From a virus (taxonomy: Duplodnaviria > Caudoviricetes): a stretch of DNA of 55,664 nt. The stretch lies in the IMG/VR virus record IMGVR_UViG_3300020020_000035, positions 1 through 55,664 of that record; one strand, written 5' to 3'. The notes under the pieces were generated by a model. That model made no database searches, was not told the DNA's origin, and saw nothing but the letters and a program-made list of their open reading frames with translations. Positions 7,989 to 16,929 of this stretch are shown here, in pieces (within the stretch, counting starts at the first letter, position 1; the number at the start of each line of letters is the position of its first letter). The position numbers and the translations under genes are program-made.

Positions 7989-8494
7989 TGCCGACCGTCG
8001 AACTCCCCAACAAGCTGTCCGCCCTGCTCCGCATCGCCGTCGAGGACGCGCAGAAGATCGAGAAGACGCCGGGGTACGTGCTCGATATGTCCGTTTGGCA
8101 CTCGCCGGCAAATGGACCTTGCGCGGTCTGCCTCGCGGGCTCGGTAATGGCTTTGCGGCTACGTGCGCCCGTCGCCGACACGGTCGACCCGGAAGACTAC
8201 GTGACCGTCAGCGTCCACGACGAGGACGACGAGGACAACAGCACTAGGAATGCGCTCTGGGCTATCGATTCGATGCGGAGAGCTTGTCTCGATGATGCCG
8301 CCGATGAGCTGGACATAGACATTACCGACGAGCAGCGCGACGCACTCGGGGACATCATGTCCGTGTGGCACCGTGAATATAACGGGCGCGCGTTTCTGCC
8401 AGACGGAAGCATCAACCTAGAGTTCAAGCAGCTGCGTCTCGAGTGGTCTGAATACCTCGCCATCGCGGATCGCCTTGAGGGAGCTGGCCTGTGA
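7988..8494 (+). CDS. Hypothetical phage protein
   Basis: 168 aa, acidic, CAVCLAG motif; coupled. Confidence 0.7.
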   Translation: MPTVELPNKLSALLRIAVEDAQKIEKTPGYVLDMSVWHSPANGPCAVCLAGSVMALRLRAPVADTVDPEDYVTVSVHDEDDEDNSTRNALWAIDSMRRACLDDAADELDIDITDEQRDALGDIMSVWHREYNGRAFLPDGSINLEFKQLRLEWSEYLAIADRLEGAGL

Positions 8495-8679
8495 TCCGCG
8501 ACACCCTGCCCGCGTTCCCCGCGCCGACCCGCGCGTGCCTTAAGAGCATCGACGAGCAGGTCCAGTGCGGGCGGGAGGCGCTGAGGCGGATGACGGAGAT
8601 GGGGGAGCGGCGGGAGGCGAGCGGGGTGCGGCGCTTGGCGGAGTACTCGTGGGTCGATTCGTCGAGGAGGGCCGGCTGA
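8491..8679 (+). CDS. Hypothetical protein
   Basis: Coupled small ORF. Confidence 0.45.
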   Translation: MIRDTLPAFPAPTRACLKSIDEQVQCGREALRRMTEMGERREASGVRRLAEYSWVDSSRRAG

Positions 8680-8957
8680 TGCACCCGAACCCCGACACGG
8701 TGGCCAGGTACGTAGCTGCGCCGATCGAGCCGAAGAAGTCCTACTACGGCCCCGGCTCGTTCAAGAGGGAAAGCTACTGCGGCCACGAGCACGACGTCGC
8801 CTTCGCGTGGGCCGCCGGAGCTCTCCGCGCCATCCCGGGCGCCACCGCGTGGGTCTTCACCACTCGGGACCGGGAGTACGGGCCGCTCAAGACGATCGTC
8901 TGCATCACGCCGCCCGAAGGCCACGGGATCGGCTTCGTTGGAAGGTTCTTCCTGTGA
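8679..8957 (+). CDS. Hypothetical protein
   Basis: TGATG start, MHPNPDT... Confidence 0.55.
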   Translation: MHPNPDTVARYVAAPIEPKKSYYGPGSFKRESYCGHEHDVAFAWAAGALRAIPGATAWVFTTRDREYGPLKTIVCITPPEGHGIGFVGRFFL

Positions 8958-9106
8958 GCCCACGCAAGTGCGCCCCCGACAGCGCCTCATGGGCCCGCCT
9001 CGCCGTCGAGATGATCGCGGCTGAGCTCGAGAAGCGCGGGGAGCGGGACGCGGCAACGAAGGTCCGCGCCTTGGCTGTGCCGGCGGATGAAAGGCGGACC
9101 GCATGA
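8954..9106 (+). CDS. Small hypothetical protein
   Basis: GTGA and ATGA overlaps at both ends. Confidence 0.4.
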   Translation: MSPRKCAPDSASWARLAVEMIAAELEKRGERDAATKVRALAVPADERRTA

Positions 9107-9375
9107 GCCTCGCCGATCGCTTCCTGAGCTACCTCGCCCTCCTCCTCGGCAAGCCCCGCCCCGGCCCCACGCCGCTGGCCGTGGCCCGCCTTCACCGGCT
9201 CGTGACGAAGCACGGCATCGAGGTACTGGCCGATTCGGTGCGCCACGTGGACCCGGCCAAGCGCGACGAGCTCGCCGAGGCGCTGAGGCAGCTCGCGGCA
9301 AGGCTGGAGCGTGAGGGGCGGGTCGAGCTGTCGGAAGAGGTCTTGTTTCTGTGGAAGCAGGTTTGGCGACCATGA
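9103..9375 (+). CDS. Hypothetical protein
   Basis: Coupled ORF. Confidence 0.55.
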   Translation: MSLADRFLSYLALLLGKPRPGPTPLAVARLHRLVTKHGIEVLADSVRHVDPAKRDELAEALRQLAARLEREGRVELSEEVLFLWKQVWRP

Positions 9376-9641
9376 GCAGCAACGTAATCAGAATCGAGTT
9401 CAGCAAGGGAGTCCCCCGCACGCCGCGCCCGGTGCCGGGAACGGTGGTGCCCATCAGGACGGACTGGCGGTCTCTGGTAGCGATGGCGGCCGAGCGGCGC
9501 ATGACGGCTCTCACGCGCAACGCGGAAGGCGACATGTCCGGGTACTGGCGTTTCATCGACGATGCGGTCGCGCTCGAGACTCACGCGCGGCGGCTGCGGT
9601 GCATTGAAGAAGCGGCGATGTGTGGGGAGCTTCCCTGGTGA
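9372..9641 (+). CDS. Hypothetical protein
   Basis: ATGA overlap, MSSNVIRIEF... Confidence 0.5.
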   Translation: MSSNVIRIEFSKGVPRTPRPVPGTVVPIRTDWRSLVAMAAERRMTALTRNAEGDMSGYWRFIDDAVALETHARRLRCIEEAAMCGELPW

Positions 9642-9832
9642 CCGTCGTCGAACTCATCAGGCAAACCGCGTCCGACCTGGCGAAGTCGGGCGAGTTGCTC
9701 GAGTACCGGGCAGACCGCGCGAAGGGCACGCCAGACGGGATCCGAATCGCGAAGGATGCCGTCACGTATTTCAAGACCGCAGCGCTCCTGCAGCGCTTCG
9801 CGGGCACGGCTGCAGCGAGGGCCGCGAAGTGA
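9638..9832 (+). CDS. Hypothetical protein
   Basis: GTGA overlaps at both ends. Confidence 0.5.
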   Translation: MTVVELIRQTASDLAKSGELLEYRADRAKGTPDGIRIAKDAVTYFKTAALLQRFAGTAAARAAK

Positions 9833-10812
9833 TCCGCCGGTTGCCAGTGATCACGACGTCACAGGTCAAGTGCTTCCAGCGATGCCAGCGCCTGCATGAA
9901 TTGAAGTACATCCTCGGTTACAAGCCCATCCAGCGCGCCCACGCGCTGGACTTCGGCACGCTGGTCCACAAGGGGCTCGAGACCTGGTGGGCCACGGCTG
10001 GCCAGCTCGCGCTCGCGTCCGCCGCCATGGCCGCCGAGCACGCGGGCTCCGAGACGCTCTCGGGCTACGACCTGATCCGCGCGGACGTCATGCTCGCGGG
10101 CTACCACGCTCGGTGGATCGACGAGTCGATCACGGTGCTATCCGTGGAGCACGAGTTCCGGGTTCCGATCTGGCACGACGGGCGCGAGCATCACGTGGAG
10201 CTCGTTGGCAAGTTCGACGCGCTCTGCGAGATCGACGGACGCGCGTACGTGCCAGAGCACAAGACGCGCTCCGACAAGGTCGACTCCACGAGCTACTTCG
10301 AGGCGCTCCGCTCGGACATGCAGGTGTCGAACTACCTCATCGCCGCCGAGGCGCTGGGCTACGAGCCCGGGGGCGCACTCTACGACGTCCTGGTGAAGCC
10401 CGGCGAGCCGAAGCTGGCGACCCCCGAGGAGTCTCGGAAGTACACCAAGGCGGGCGTGCTCTACGCCAAGCAGCGCGACCGCGACGAGGAGCCCGAGGAG
10501 TACCGGGCGCGGCTGCTCGAGGACATCGCCGAGCATCCCGAGGAGTACTACCAGCGGGCCACAGTGGTCCGCTTCGACACGGAGCTCGACGCGGCACGCG
10601 CGGACCTGTGGGCGCTCGCGGATGCGATCTGGGCCAGCTACTCGCGGGCGTTTCACCCCCGCTCTCCCGGGGCTTGTCGCGACTTCGCGCGGCCGTGCGA
10701 GTTCGCGCCTGTCTGCTGGGAAGGCGCGAGCCTCAAAGATTCAGAAAAGTACGAGCAACTGGAAAACCCACATCAGGAGATCAGCCATGCAATTAGCAAA
10801 GCAGCCGAGTGA
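9829..10812 (+). CDS. PD-(D/E)XK exonuclease (RecB/Cas4-like, probable Fe-S cluster)
   Basis: SQVKCFQRC, FGTLVH, GKFDAL...EHKT, Q...Y, C-terminal CRDFARPCEFAPVC. Confidence 0.85.
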   Translation: MIRRLPVITTSQVKCFQRCQRLHELKYILGYKPIQRAHALDFGTLVHKGLETWWATAGQLALASAAMAAEHAGSETLSGYDLIRADVMLAGYHARWIDESITVLSVEHEFRVPIWHDGREHHVELVGKFDALCEIDGRAYVPEHKTRSDKVDSTSYFEALRSDMQVSNYLIAAEALGYEPGGALYDVLVKPGEPKLATPEESRKYTKAGVLYAKQRDRDEEPEEYRARLLEDIAEHPEEYYQRATVVRFDTELDAARADLWALADAIWASYSRAFHPRSPGACRDFARPCEFAPVCWEGASLKDSEKYEQLENPHQEISHAISKAAE

Positions 10813-11761
10813 CAAGGCGGCAGAGAAACCCGCCGCCGCAGCACCCAAACGGATGAGCCTTGGCGCGGTGCGCCGCGGGCGCATCGAGAAGCCGTATCGG
10901 ATCGTCGTCTTCGGGCCGGAAGGCGTGGGCAAGTCCACGTTCGCTGCCGGCGCACCCAACACCATCTTCCTCGGCGCCGAGGACGGGACGTCGGAGCTCG
11001 ACGTCGCGCGGCTCCCGCAGCCGACGAACTGGGAGGACGCAATCGACGCTGTCGAACTCCTCCGGAACGACAAGCACGACTTCGGCGCGCTCGCCATCGA
11101 CACGCTCGACTGGCTCGAGCCGCTCTGCTGGGAGAAGGTCTGCCGCGACGGCAAGAAGAAGGACATCGAGGATTTCGGATACGGGCGCGGCTACACGGCG
11201 GCGCTCGACCACTGGCGCGAGTTCCTCCATCGCCTGACCGGGCTCCGCGACGAGCGGAACATGTACATCGTGCTGCTCGCGCACTCGATGGTGCGGACGT
11301 TCCGGAACCCGCAAGGGGAGGACTTCGACAGGTACGAGATGAAGATGCACGCCAAGACGGCGGGGCTCGTCCGGGAGTGGTGCGACGCGCTCCTGTTCGC
11401 CAACTACGAGACGCTCGCCTACGAGTCGAAGGGACGCACGCGCGGCGTCAGCGACGGCGCCCGCTTCATCCACACCGAGCACAACGCGGCCTTCGACGCG
11501 AAGAACCGGCAAGCGCTCCCGGCTCGGCTCCCGCTCTCGTGGGACGAGTTCGCGGGTGCCGCTAAAGCGGGCGCGCCGATCGCCGAGGACCGCGTCAGGC
11601 GGGAGATCGCGGACCTCCTGCCACACGTGCCCCGGGACATCGCCGAGAAGGCCGTGACCGCCATGGAAGGCGCCGACGTGCGGAAGCTCGCTGTCATCGC
11701 CGACAGACTCAGAGCAAGAGCAGCAGACAACAACAGCAACAACACCAAGGAGAACGAGTAA
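10787..11761 (+). CDS. AAA_24 / Sak4-like ATPase (single-strand annealing)
   Basis: Walker A GPEGVGKST, IDTLDWLE, GYGRGY, LLAHS, AKNR. Confidence 0.85.
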   Translation: MQLAKQPSDKAAEKPAAAAPKRMSLGAVRRGRIEKPYRIVVFGPEGVGKSTFAAGAPNTIFLGAEDGTSELDVARLPQPTNWEDAIDAVELLRNDKHDFGALAIDTLDWLEPLCWEKVCRDGKKKDIEDFGYGRGYTAALDHWREFLHRLTGLRDERNMYIVLLAHSMVRTFRNPQGEDFDRYEMKMHAKTAGLVREWCDALLFANYETLAYESKGRTRGVSDGARFIHTEHNAAFDAKNRQALPARLPLSWDEFAGAAKAGAPIAEDRVRREIADLLPHVPRDIAEKAVTAMEGADVRKLAVIADRLRARAADNNSNNTKENE

Positions 11762-11763
11762 AC

Positions 11764-12354
11764 ATGTCACTACTAGAACCAGGAATCTACCGAGCCCGCG
11801 CCGTCACTGGCGAGCTCGGCTACACCAACAAGGGCGACGAGCAGATCGCCGTCTCGTTCGAGATTCTCGACCAGGCCGGTTTCCGGATCACCTGGTACGG
11901 GAGCTTCTCGACCGAGATCACGGGACAGGCCAAGAAGTCGCCCGTGGAGCGCACGTTCGAAACGCTCCGCGTCTGCGGGTGGTCGGGTGACGACGTCTCG
12001 GACCTGACCGGCCTCGAGCAGAACGAGGTGGAGGTCGTCATCGAGATCAACGAGTGGGAGGGCAAGGAGAGCAACCGCGTCAAGTGGGTCAACGCTCTCG
12101 GCGGTGGCCTCGCGCTCAAGAATGTCATGCCACCCGACGCGAAGAAGGCGTTCGCGGCCCGCATGAAGGGGCAGGCCATCGCCTCCCGCAAGAAGCTCGA
12201 GGGCCAGGGCGGTGGCACCAGTGCTGGGCAGCAGACCCAGCAGCGGAACGGCGGCGGCAACCAGCAGCGATCGCAGCAGCCGCAGAACCGTCAGCAGCCG
12301 GGGCGGCGGAATGAGCCAGCGACTCCGGAAGACGACGACCAAATCCCGTTCTAG
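11764..12354 (+). CDS. SSB-like protein (DUF669-like)
   Basis: Follows the Sak4-like gene; Gln/Gly-rich linker and DDDQIPF C-terminus. Confidence 0.75.
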   Translation: MSLLEPGIYRARAVTGELGYTNKGDEQIAVSFEILDQAGFRITWYGSFSTEITGQAKKSPVERTFETLRVCGWSGDDVSDLTGLEQNEVEVVIEINEWEGKESNRVKWVNALGGGLALKNVMPPDAKKAFAARMKGQAIASRKKLEGQGGGTSAGQQTQQRNGGGNQQRSQQPQNRQQPGRRNEPATPEDDDQIPF

Positions 12355-12360
12355 AGAAAC

Positions 12361-12807
12361 ATGAAGAACTGCACGAAGTGCGGCGCGCTCAAGGAGCTAG
12401 CCGAGTTCTATGAGCGCGCCGCGGCGTGCAAGGTCTGCACCCGAGCGAAAGTGACAGCCCATCGCGCTGCCAACATCGAGAAGATTCGGCAGTACGACAT
12501 CCGGCGCGCCAAGACGCCGGCACGGAGAGCGCGCGTCAGCAAGTATCTCCAGCGACACTTTGCGGAGTTCCCGAAGATGCGATCCGCTCAGATCGCTGTC
12601 GGGAACGCGGTCCGAGACAAGAAACTGAAGAAGGAACCGTGTGAGCGCTGCGGAGCCCCCAAGGCCCACGCTCATCACGACGACTACAACAAGCCGTTGA
12701 CCGTTCGGTGGCTTTGCCCGGTGCATCACAACGAATGGCACCAGAAGAACGGTCCTGGGAAGAACATCGAAGGGCCCGCCCCATCTCAGGAGAAGAAGAC
12801 CGCATGA
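12361..12807 (+). CDS. HNH-type endonuclease
   Basis: CTKC, CKVC, CERCG...AHHDDYNKPLTVRWLCPVHH. Confidence 0.75.
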   Translation: MKNCTKCGALKELAEFYERAAACKVCTRAKVTAHRAANIEKIRQYDIRRAKTPARRARVSKYLQRHFAEFPKMRSAQIAVGNAVRDKKLKKEPCERCGAPKAHAHHDDYNKPLTVRWLCPVHHNEWHQKNGPGKNIEGPAPSQEKKTA

Positions 12808-12811
12808 CCCC

Positions 12812-12921
12812 CGCTCCGCTCACCACAGGGCGGAGCGAATGGGCCGGCGAGAGACGCTGGCACAAGGACCCGCACGGTTCGCCGGGGTCCTCGTCACGGT
12901 GGGGCAGATCCACCGCGGCCC
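12812..12921 (+). ncRNA. Putative structured RNA element (family unknown)
   Basis: Four consecutive hairpins plus a closing GGGCCG/CGGCCC stem between the HNH stop and the GAAGGAG-ATG at 12936. Confidence 0.35.
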
Positions 12922-12935
12922 GCGAAGGAGACGAG

Positions 12936-13250
12936 ATGAAACGCCACGAAATGTGCGAGAATCAAGCCGTCGCGCTGATGGCGTCGAACTGGTGGACGCT
13001 GTTCCCGCCGGCTGCCGTAGCGCAATTCCAGCTATCGGAGGAGCGGCTCTGCATGCCCTGGGCTGAGATCCGTCGGCTCACCGCGGAAGGCCTTGGCCAG
13101 GACGGCGACATGTCGGACGCGGCGCTGGCCGACTTCCGGGAGCTCTTCGCGCTCCAGTGCGAGACGCGGTGTCGGCAAGAGCGGATTCCCATGCTCGAAC
13201 TCGAGACGATCAAGGCCATCCTGGCGACGCGCGGCGTGGTGATTCCATGA
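12936..13250 (+). CDS. Hypothetical phage protein
   Basis: GAAGGAG RBS; SNWW...FQLSEERLCMPW. Confidence 0.6.
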   Translation: MKRHEMCENQAVALMASNWWTLFPPAAVAQFQLSEERLCMPWAEIRRLTAEGLGQDGDMSDAALADFRELFALQCETRCRQERIPMLELETIKAILATRGVVIP

Positions 13251-13879
13251 GTTCCTCCGGCCACCGCCCCATCCCCGCGAGTGGAACGTGCGTCCACTAC
13301 TTCAGCGCCGCCACGGGCACCTGCCACCGGTGCGGGGTCTCGTTGATGGCGTCGGAGCATCGCATCGAGGCGCCGAGCCCCGCCGAGCCCCGGTGGTGCT
13401 CCCCCCTCGGCGACGAGGAGCTCCTGGAGATGTTCCTCGAGATGCGCGGGAGAGACGCCGTTCGTGAAGAGCTCCTCCGCCGCATGTCGCGCGGCAAGGA
13501 GCAGGTGAAGGCGCTTTGCGCCATCTGCCAGTGCCTGCCGTGCATCTGTCGAGACGCGCGGCAACCTCGCGAGCAGGTCGAGGAATGCCCGGGTGCGATG
13601 ATCCGCCCCGGCGACATCGTCGTCTGGTGGCGCACGCGCGCGGACTATCCGCTCGTGTTCGGTCCAGGGCGCCCCGTGGTCGGGGTCGTGACGGATGTCC
13701 GCGAAGGGCTGGTCACCATCGACGAGAACGGCACTACCGCTCTGCTGCCGACGGGCGACAGCTACCACCCCGCCCTTGGCCCACACGTGATCGGCCGAGT
13801 CGACGCGGCCGGTCTGCCGGTGTGGCGCGATTCGCGACCAACTCAGCCGAGCCTCGCGCTCGGGAAGGAAACCACATGA
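13247..13879 (+). CDS. Hypothetical modular Cys-rich protein
   Basis: ATGA coupling; CxH...CxxC and CAICQCLPCIC motifs. Confidence 0.55.
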   Translation: MSSSGHRPIPASGTCVHYFSAATGTCHRCGVSLMASEHRIEAPSPAEPRWCSPLGDEELLEMFLEMRGRDAVREELLRRMSRGKEQVKALCAICQCLPCICRDARQPREQVEECPGAMIRPGDIVVWWRTRADYPLVFGPGRPVVGVVTDVREGLVTIDENGTTALLPTGDSYHPALGPHVIGRVDAAGLPVWRDSRPTQPSLALGKETT

Positions 13880-14727
13880 TCACGAAAGAGACCGAGACCC
13901 CAACCTGCCGCGAACTCCCCCCCGATTTCGTCCTGCTCACCGGCAAGCACGAGACCGCCGAGAAAGGCCTGTGCCTCCTCGAGGCGACCGCATACCTGGC
14001 CGGCGAGCCACACACGGACCACCCGCTGTGCGCCTGCCCCGTCGTGGCCGCGTTCGGGCGCAGGCTCAACGATGCGATCACCGACGACGCCATCCGGACG
14101 CGGCTGCTCGGTTGGCGCGCGGCGCGACTGATCGGGACGAGGTCGACACGTGCCGTGGAGCGGCGGCGCGCGTGGGTCGCGGTCGACTGGGCGACCCGTG
14201 TTCATGCTCCGCTGTGGCTCGATGCGTCGCCGGAGTTGGCTGAGCACGCGGCTGCACTCAGGGCGCTCCCGGAAATCGTCGACAGGGCCAGCGCGGAACG
14301 GTCTGCCAAGGTCCGCGACGCGGCAAGATCCGCGGCGTGGGCCCTCCGAGCCGCGAAGCGCGAAGCGCTGAGCGGGAGCAAGCTAGCCTACGCCGCCGCC
14401 TACGCCGCCGCCTACGCCGCCGCCTACGCCGCCGCCGCCGCCGACGCCGACGCCGACGCCGCCTACGCCGCCGCCGCCGCCTACGCCGCCGCCTACGCCG
14501 CCGCCGCCGCCGCCGCCGACGCCGACGCCGACGCCGCCTACGCCGCCTACGCCGCCGACGCCGCCGCCTACGCCGCCGCCTACGCCGCCGCCGACGCCGC
14601 CGCCGACGCCGACGCCTACGCGCTGCGCTCGGCGGTGAAGGCGCGTCTCCGTGAGACGACAGAGCGCTCCTGGGCATCGGGTGCGGAGTGCATCGAGCGG
14701 ATGATCGCGGTCACGGGGACGCCATGA
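13876..14727 (+). CDS. Hypothetical protein with Ala/Tyr/Asp low-complexity tract
   Basis: GGAAGGA RBS; N-terminal CLLEATAYLAGEPHTDHPLCACPVVAAF domain. Confidence 0.8.
   Translation: MITKETETPTCRELPPDFVLLTGKHETAEKGLCLLEATAYLAGEPHTDHPLCACPVVAAFGRRLNDAITDDAIRTRLLGWRAARLIGTRSTRAVERRRAWVAVDWATRVHAPLWLDASPELAEHAAALRALPEIVDRASAERSAKVRDAARSAAWALRAAKREALSGSKLAYAAAYAAAYAAAYAAAAADADADAAYAAAAAYAAAYAAAAAAADADADAAYAAYAADAAAYAAAYAAADAAADADAYALRSAVKARLRETTERSWASGAECIERMIAVTGTP
14386..14619 (+). repeat. Coding trinucleotide mosaic repeat (GCC/TAC/GAC)
   Basis: 234 bp, 78 codons, only three codons used. Confidence 0.95.
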
Positions 14728-15890
14728 TCTGCGCGCTCCGATTCGCCGCGGTCTTCGCCGTCCTGCTGCTGCCCCAGCTGGCGAGAGCGACGCCGATCGC
14801 GACCTACTACCAAACTACCGATGGCGACGACTGGAGCTCCGCCATTCACCGCGCTCAGGCACAGGGAGCCGTCCAGCTCGAGCTTGAGGCCAAGGCTTAC
14901 AACCTCGCGAAGACCGTCGAAATCTGCCGCCCGCTCCGCATCGTTGGCCAGGGCATCGGGGCCGCGCTCGCGAGCTCGTCGTTCCGCATCGCGAGGAAGA
15001 CGGCTTTCCGCGCCTGGTTCAAGAATCACGGATGCCCGATCGCTGGTCTCACCGCGGGCAACGGTGCGCTCGCGATGGAACACGTCGTCGTCTTCAACAC
15101 CGGCGGGCTGTCGCTCGAAGGCGAGGAGCCGTTCTATGGCCTCGATGCTCGCACGGCGCCGCGGCTCCACGACGTGTGGTTCCGCGGGTTCGTCCAGGGG
15201 ATCCGAATGGTGTGCGACGCCGCTAGCTCGGGAACCAATTGCAACACGTTCAGCATCACGCACAGCGGCACCGACCAGAACGAACACGCCGGGATCTATC
15301 TGCAGGGTGGCGACGTCAACGCGGGCCACCTGTTCGACGTGTCGGTGATCTCAAGTTGCTCGAAGGCCACGAAGTGGAAGCATCTCACGCACGCATGGTG
15401 CGCCAAGTACGCGACGCATCCGATCTGCACGGACCCGCATCTCCAGTGCGCCGGGTTTCTCGATCTGAGCTTCCTCGGGAACACCTACCTCGCGTGCTCC
15501 GCGGCATCGATGAACGGGAAAGCCGGGTACGCTTTCGGCGGCGCAAACCAGACGAACGCCGCGATCGGCATCTACGCCGAGAACGACACGATGCCTCAGT
15601 GGGCCGACGGGAGGAGCAACGTGGTGGGCGGCACGAACACGTTCTCGGGGTCAGCAGGCCAGTGGCATGGCGACGTGATGCCGTCGCTGCGGCTCGTGTA
15701 CTGGGATATCGAGTACAAGCTCGGCGCCGCAGCTGGCCAGGGCGTCGTGTGGTCGCTCAGCACGGCGGCAACGCGGACATGGCCGTGGCGGTACAAGGTC
15801 GACGCGCCGGGGAACATGTTTTTGGACGTCGGGAACCTGCCGCCGTTGAGGGGATATCTGCCATACGATCCGACGAAGGTGGCGCCGTGA
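14724..15890 (+). CDS. Secreted protein, probable pectin-lyase-like beta-helix
   Basis: Signal-peptide-like N-terminus ending ARA-T; DDWSSAIHRAQ...AYNLAKTVEI...LRIVGQG cap motif. Confidence 0.65.
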   Translation: MICALRFAAVFAVLLLPQLARATPIATYYQTTDGDDWSSAIHRAQAQGAVQLELEAKAYNLAKTVEICRPLRIVGQGIGAALASSSFRIARKTAFRAWFKNHGCPIAGLTAGNGALAMEHVVVFNTGGLSLEGEEPFYGLDARTAPRLHDVWFRGFVQGIRMVCDAASSGTNCNTFSITHSGTDQNEHAGIYLQGGDVNAGHLFDVSVISSCSKATKWKHLTHAWCAKYATHPICTDPHLQCAGFLDLSFLGNTYLACSAASMNGKAGYAFGGANQTNAAIGIYAENDTMPQWADGRSNVVGGTNTFSGSAGQWHGDVMPSLRLVYWDIEYKLGAAAGQGVVWSLSTAATRTWPWRYKVDAPGNMFLDVGNLPPLRGYLPYDPTKVAP

Positions 15891-16092
15891 CGGAGCAGCT
15901 CTTCGATCTCTGCGTCATGCGCGGCGTGCGCGTGATGGGTACCTGGTGCTCACGGAGAGCGGAAGACCATGACCCGCCTCCTCATCTGGGCCGGCTCCTC
16001 GCCGTGGGTCGCGCTTCCGCTGGCCTACGCCGTCTGCCTCCCGCTGGTGCCGTGGATAGCGGCGTATCGGGTCACGTGCTGGATGGTGGGAC

Positions 16093-16929
16093 ATGCCTAG
16101 AAACCCGTTGAACCCGAGGCCGCGATACGCGGTGACCCCCGGCACGAGATTTCACCGTCTCCTGGTGACGCCCAGAACGGCGCGGCTACCCGGTGGCCAC
16201 AAGGCGTGGGTCTGCGAATGCGACTGCGGCAACGAGTGCCTGCGCAGACCTAGAGAGCTTCTCACCGGAGACAGTCGTTCGTGCGGATGCTCACGGACAG
16301 AATCTTTCTCGCGGACGTGGCGAGAAAAGATGGCAAGTCGTCCCCCTGTGAAACGCAAAAAGACGCCGGAGTACCAGGTGTGGACGTCCGCCAAGGGGCG
16401 ATGCTCCCGGAAGAACGGCAAGTACTGGAACCGCTACGGAGGCCGCGGCATCGCCATGTGTGACAAGTGGCGAAGGTCGTTCGGCGCTTTTCTCGCCGAC
16501 ATGGGGCGCCGCCCATCTCCGCAACACTCACTCGATCGCATCAACAACGATGGCAACTACGAGCCTGGGAATTGTCGCTGGGCGACACGGCGCGAACAGA
16601 TGCAGAATCGGTCAGACAACTCCAGGGTGACCATCGGTGGCGAGACACTCGTGGTCACCGAGTGGACGCGACGGCTTGGTATCTACGAGCATCTCGCCGC
16701 GGTGTATCGCCGCATTCACCACGGATGGGACCCGGTCAAGGCCCTGAAAACTCCGTTCCAAATCTCCCGGCCCAGGACACAATTTGTTCACGACGGGATA
16801 GTTGGCTTGCCGGCGATTGCCGAGGCGAAAGGAATGAGTATGTGCACGCTTCGTGTGCGACTGAGGCGCGGCTGGAGTCTAGATCGCGCGGCGACCACAC
16901 CGGTTGCCAGAAAGAAGAGGGCAGCGTGA
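16093..16929 (+). CDS. HNH-like endonuclease (YGGRGI family) with N-terminal CxCDCG..SCGC
   Basis: WVCECDCGN, SCGC, RYGGRGI, SLDRINNDGNYEPGNCRWAT. Confidence 0.85.
   Translation: MPRNPLNPRPRYAVTPGTRFHRLLVTPRTARLPGGHKAWVCECDCGNECLRRPRELLTGDSRSCGCSRTESFSRTWREKMASRPPVKRKKTPEYQVWTSAKGRCSRKNGKYWNRYGGRGIAMCDKWRRSFGAFLADMGRRPSPQHSLDRINNDGNYEPGNCRWATRREQMQNRSDNSRVTIGGETLVVTEWTRRLGIYEHLAAVYRRIHHGWDPVKALKTPFQISRPRTQFVHDGIVGLPAIAEAKGMSMCTLRVRLRRGWSLDRAATTPVARKKRAA

Noticed and set aside
9829-10812. Cas4 as part of a CRISPR system
   Set aside because: No array or other cas genes; the context is a phage recombination module
12841-12921. Canonical tRNA
   Set aside because: Lacks the TTCRA loop, a 7-nt anticodon loop and CCA; kept only as an unknown structured RNA
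14386-14619. Diversity-generating retroelement variable region
   Set aside because: No reverse transcriptase and no template copy differing at adenines in the window
14258-14677. Poly-Arg ORFs on both strands
   Set aside because: Alternative frames of the GCC/TAC/GAC tract; the Ala/Tyr/Asp frame belongs to a coupled gene with an RBS
15887-16111. Gene between the beta-helix and HNH genes
   Set aside because: Two competing short frames (from 15887 or 15969) and no motif to choose between them
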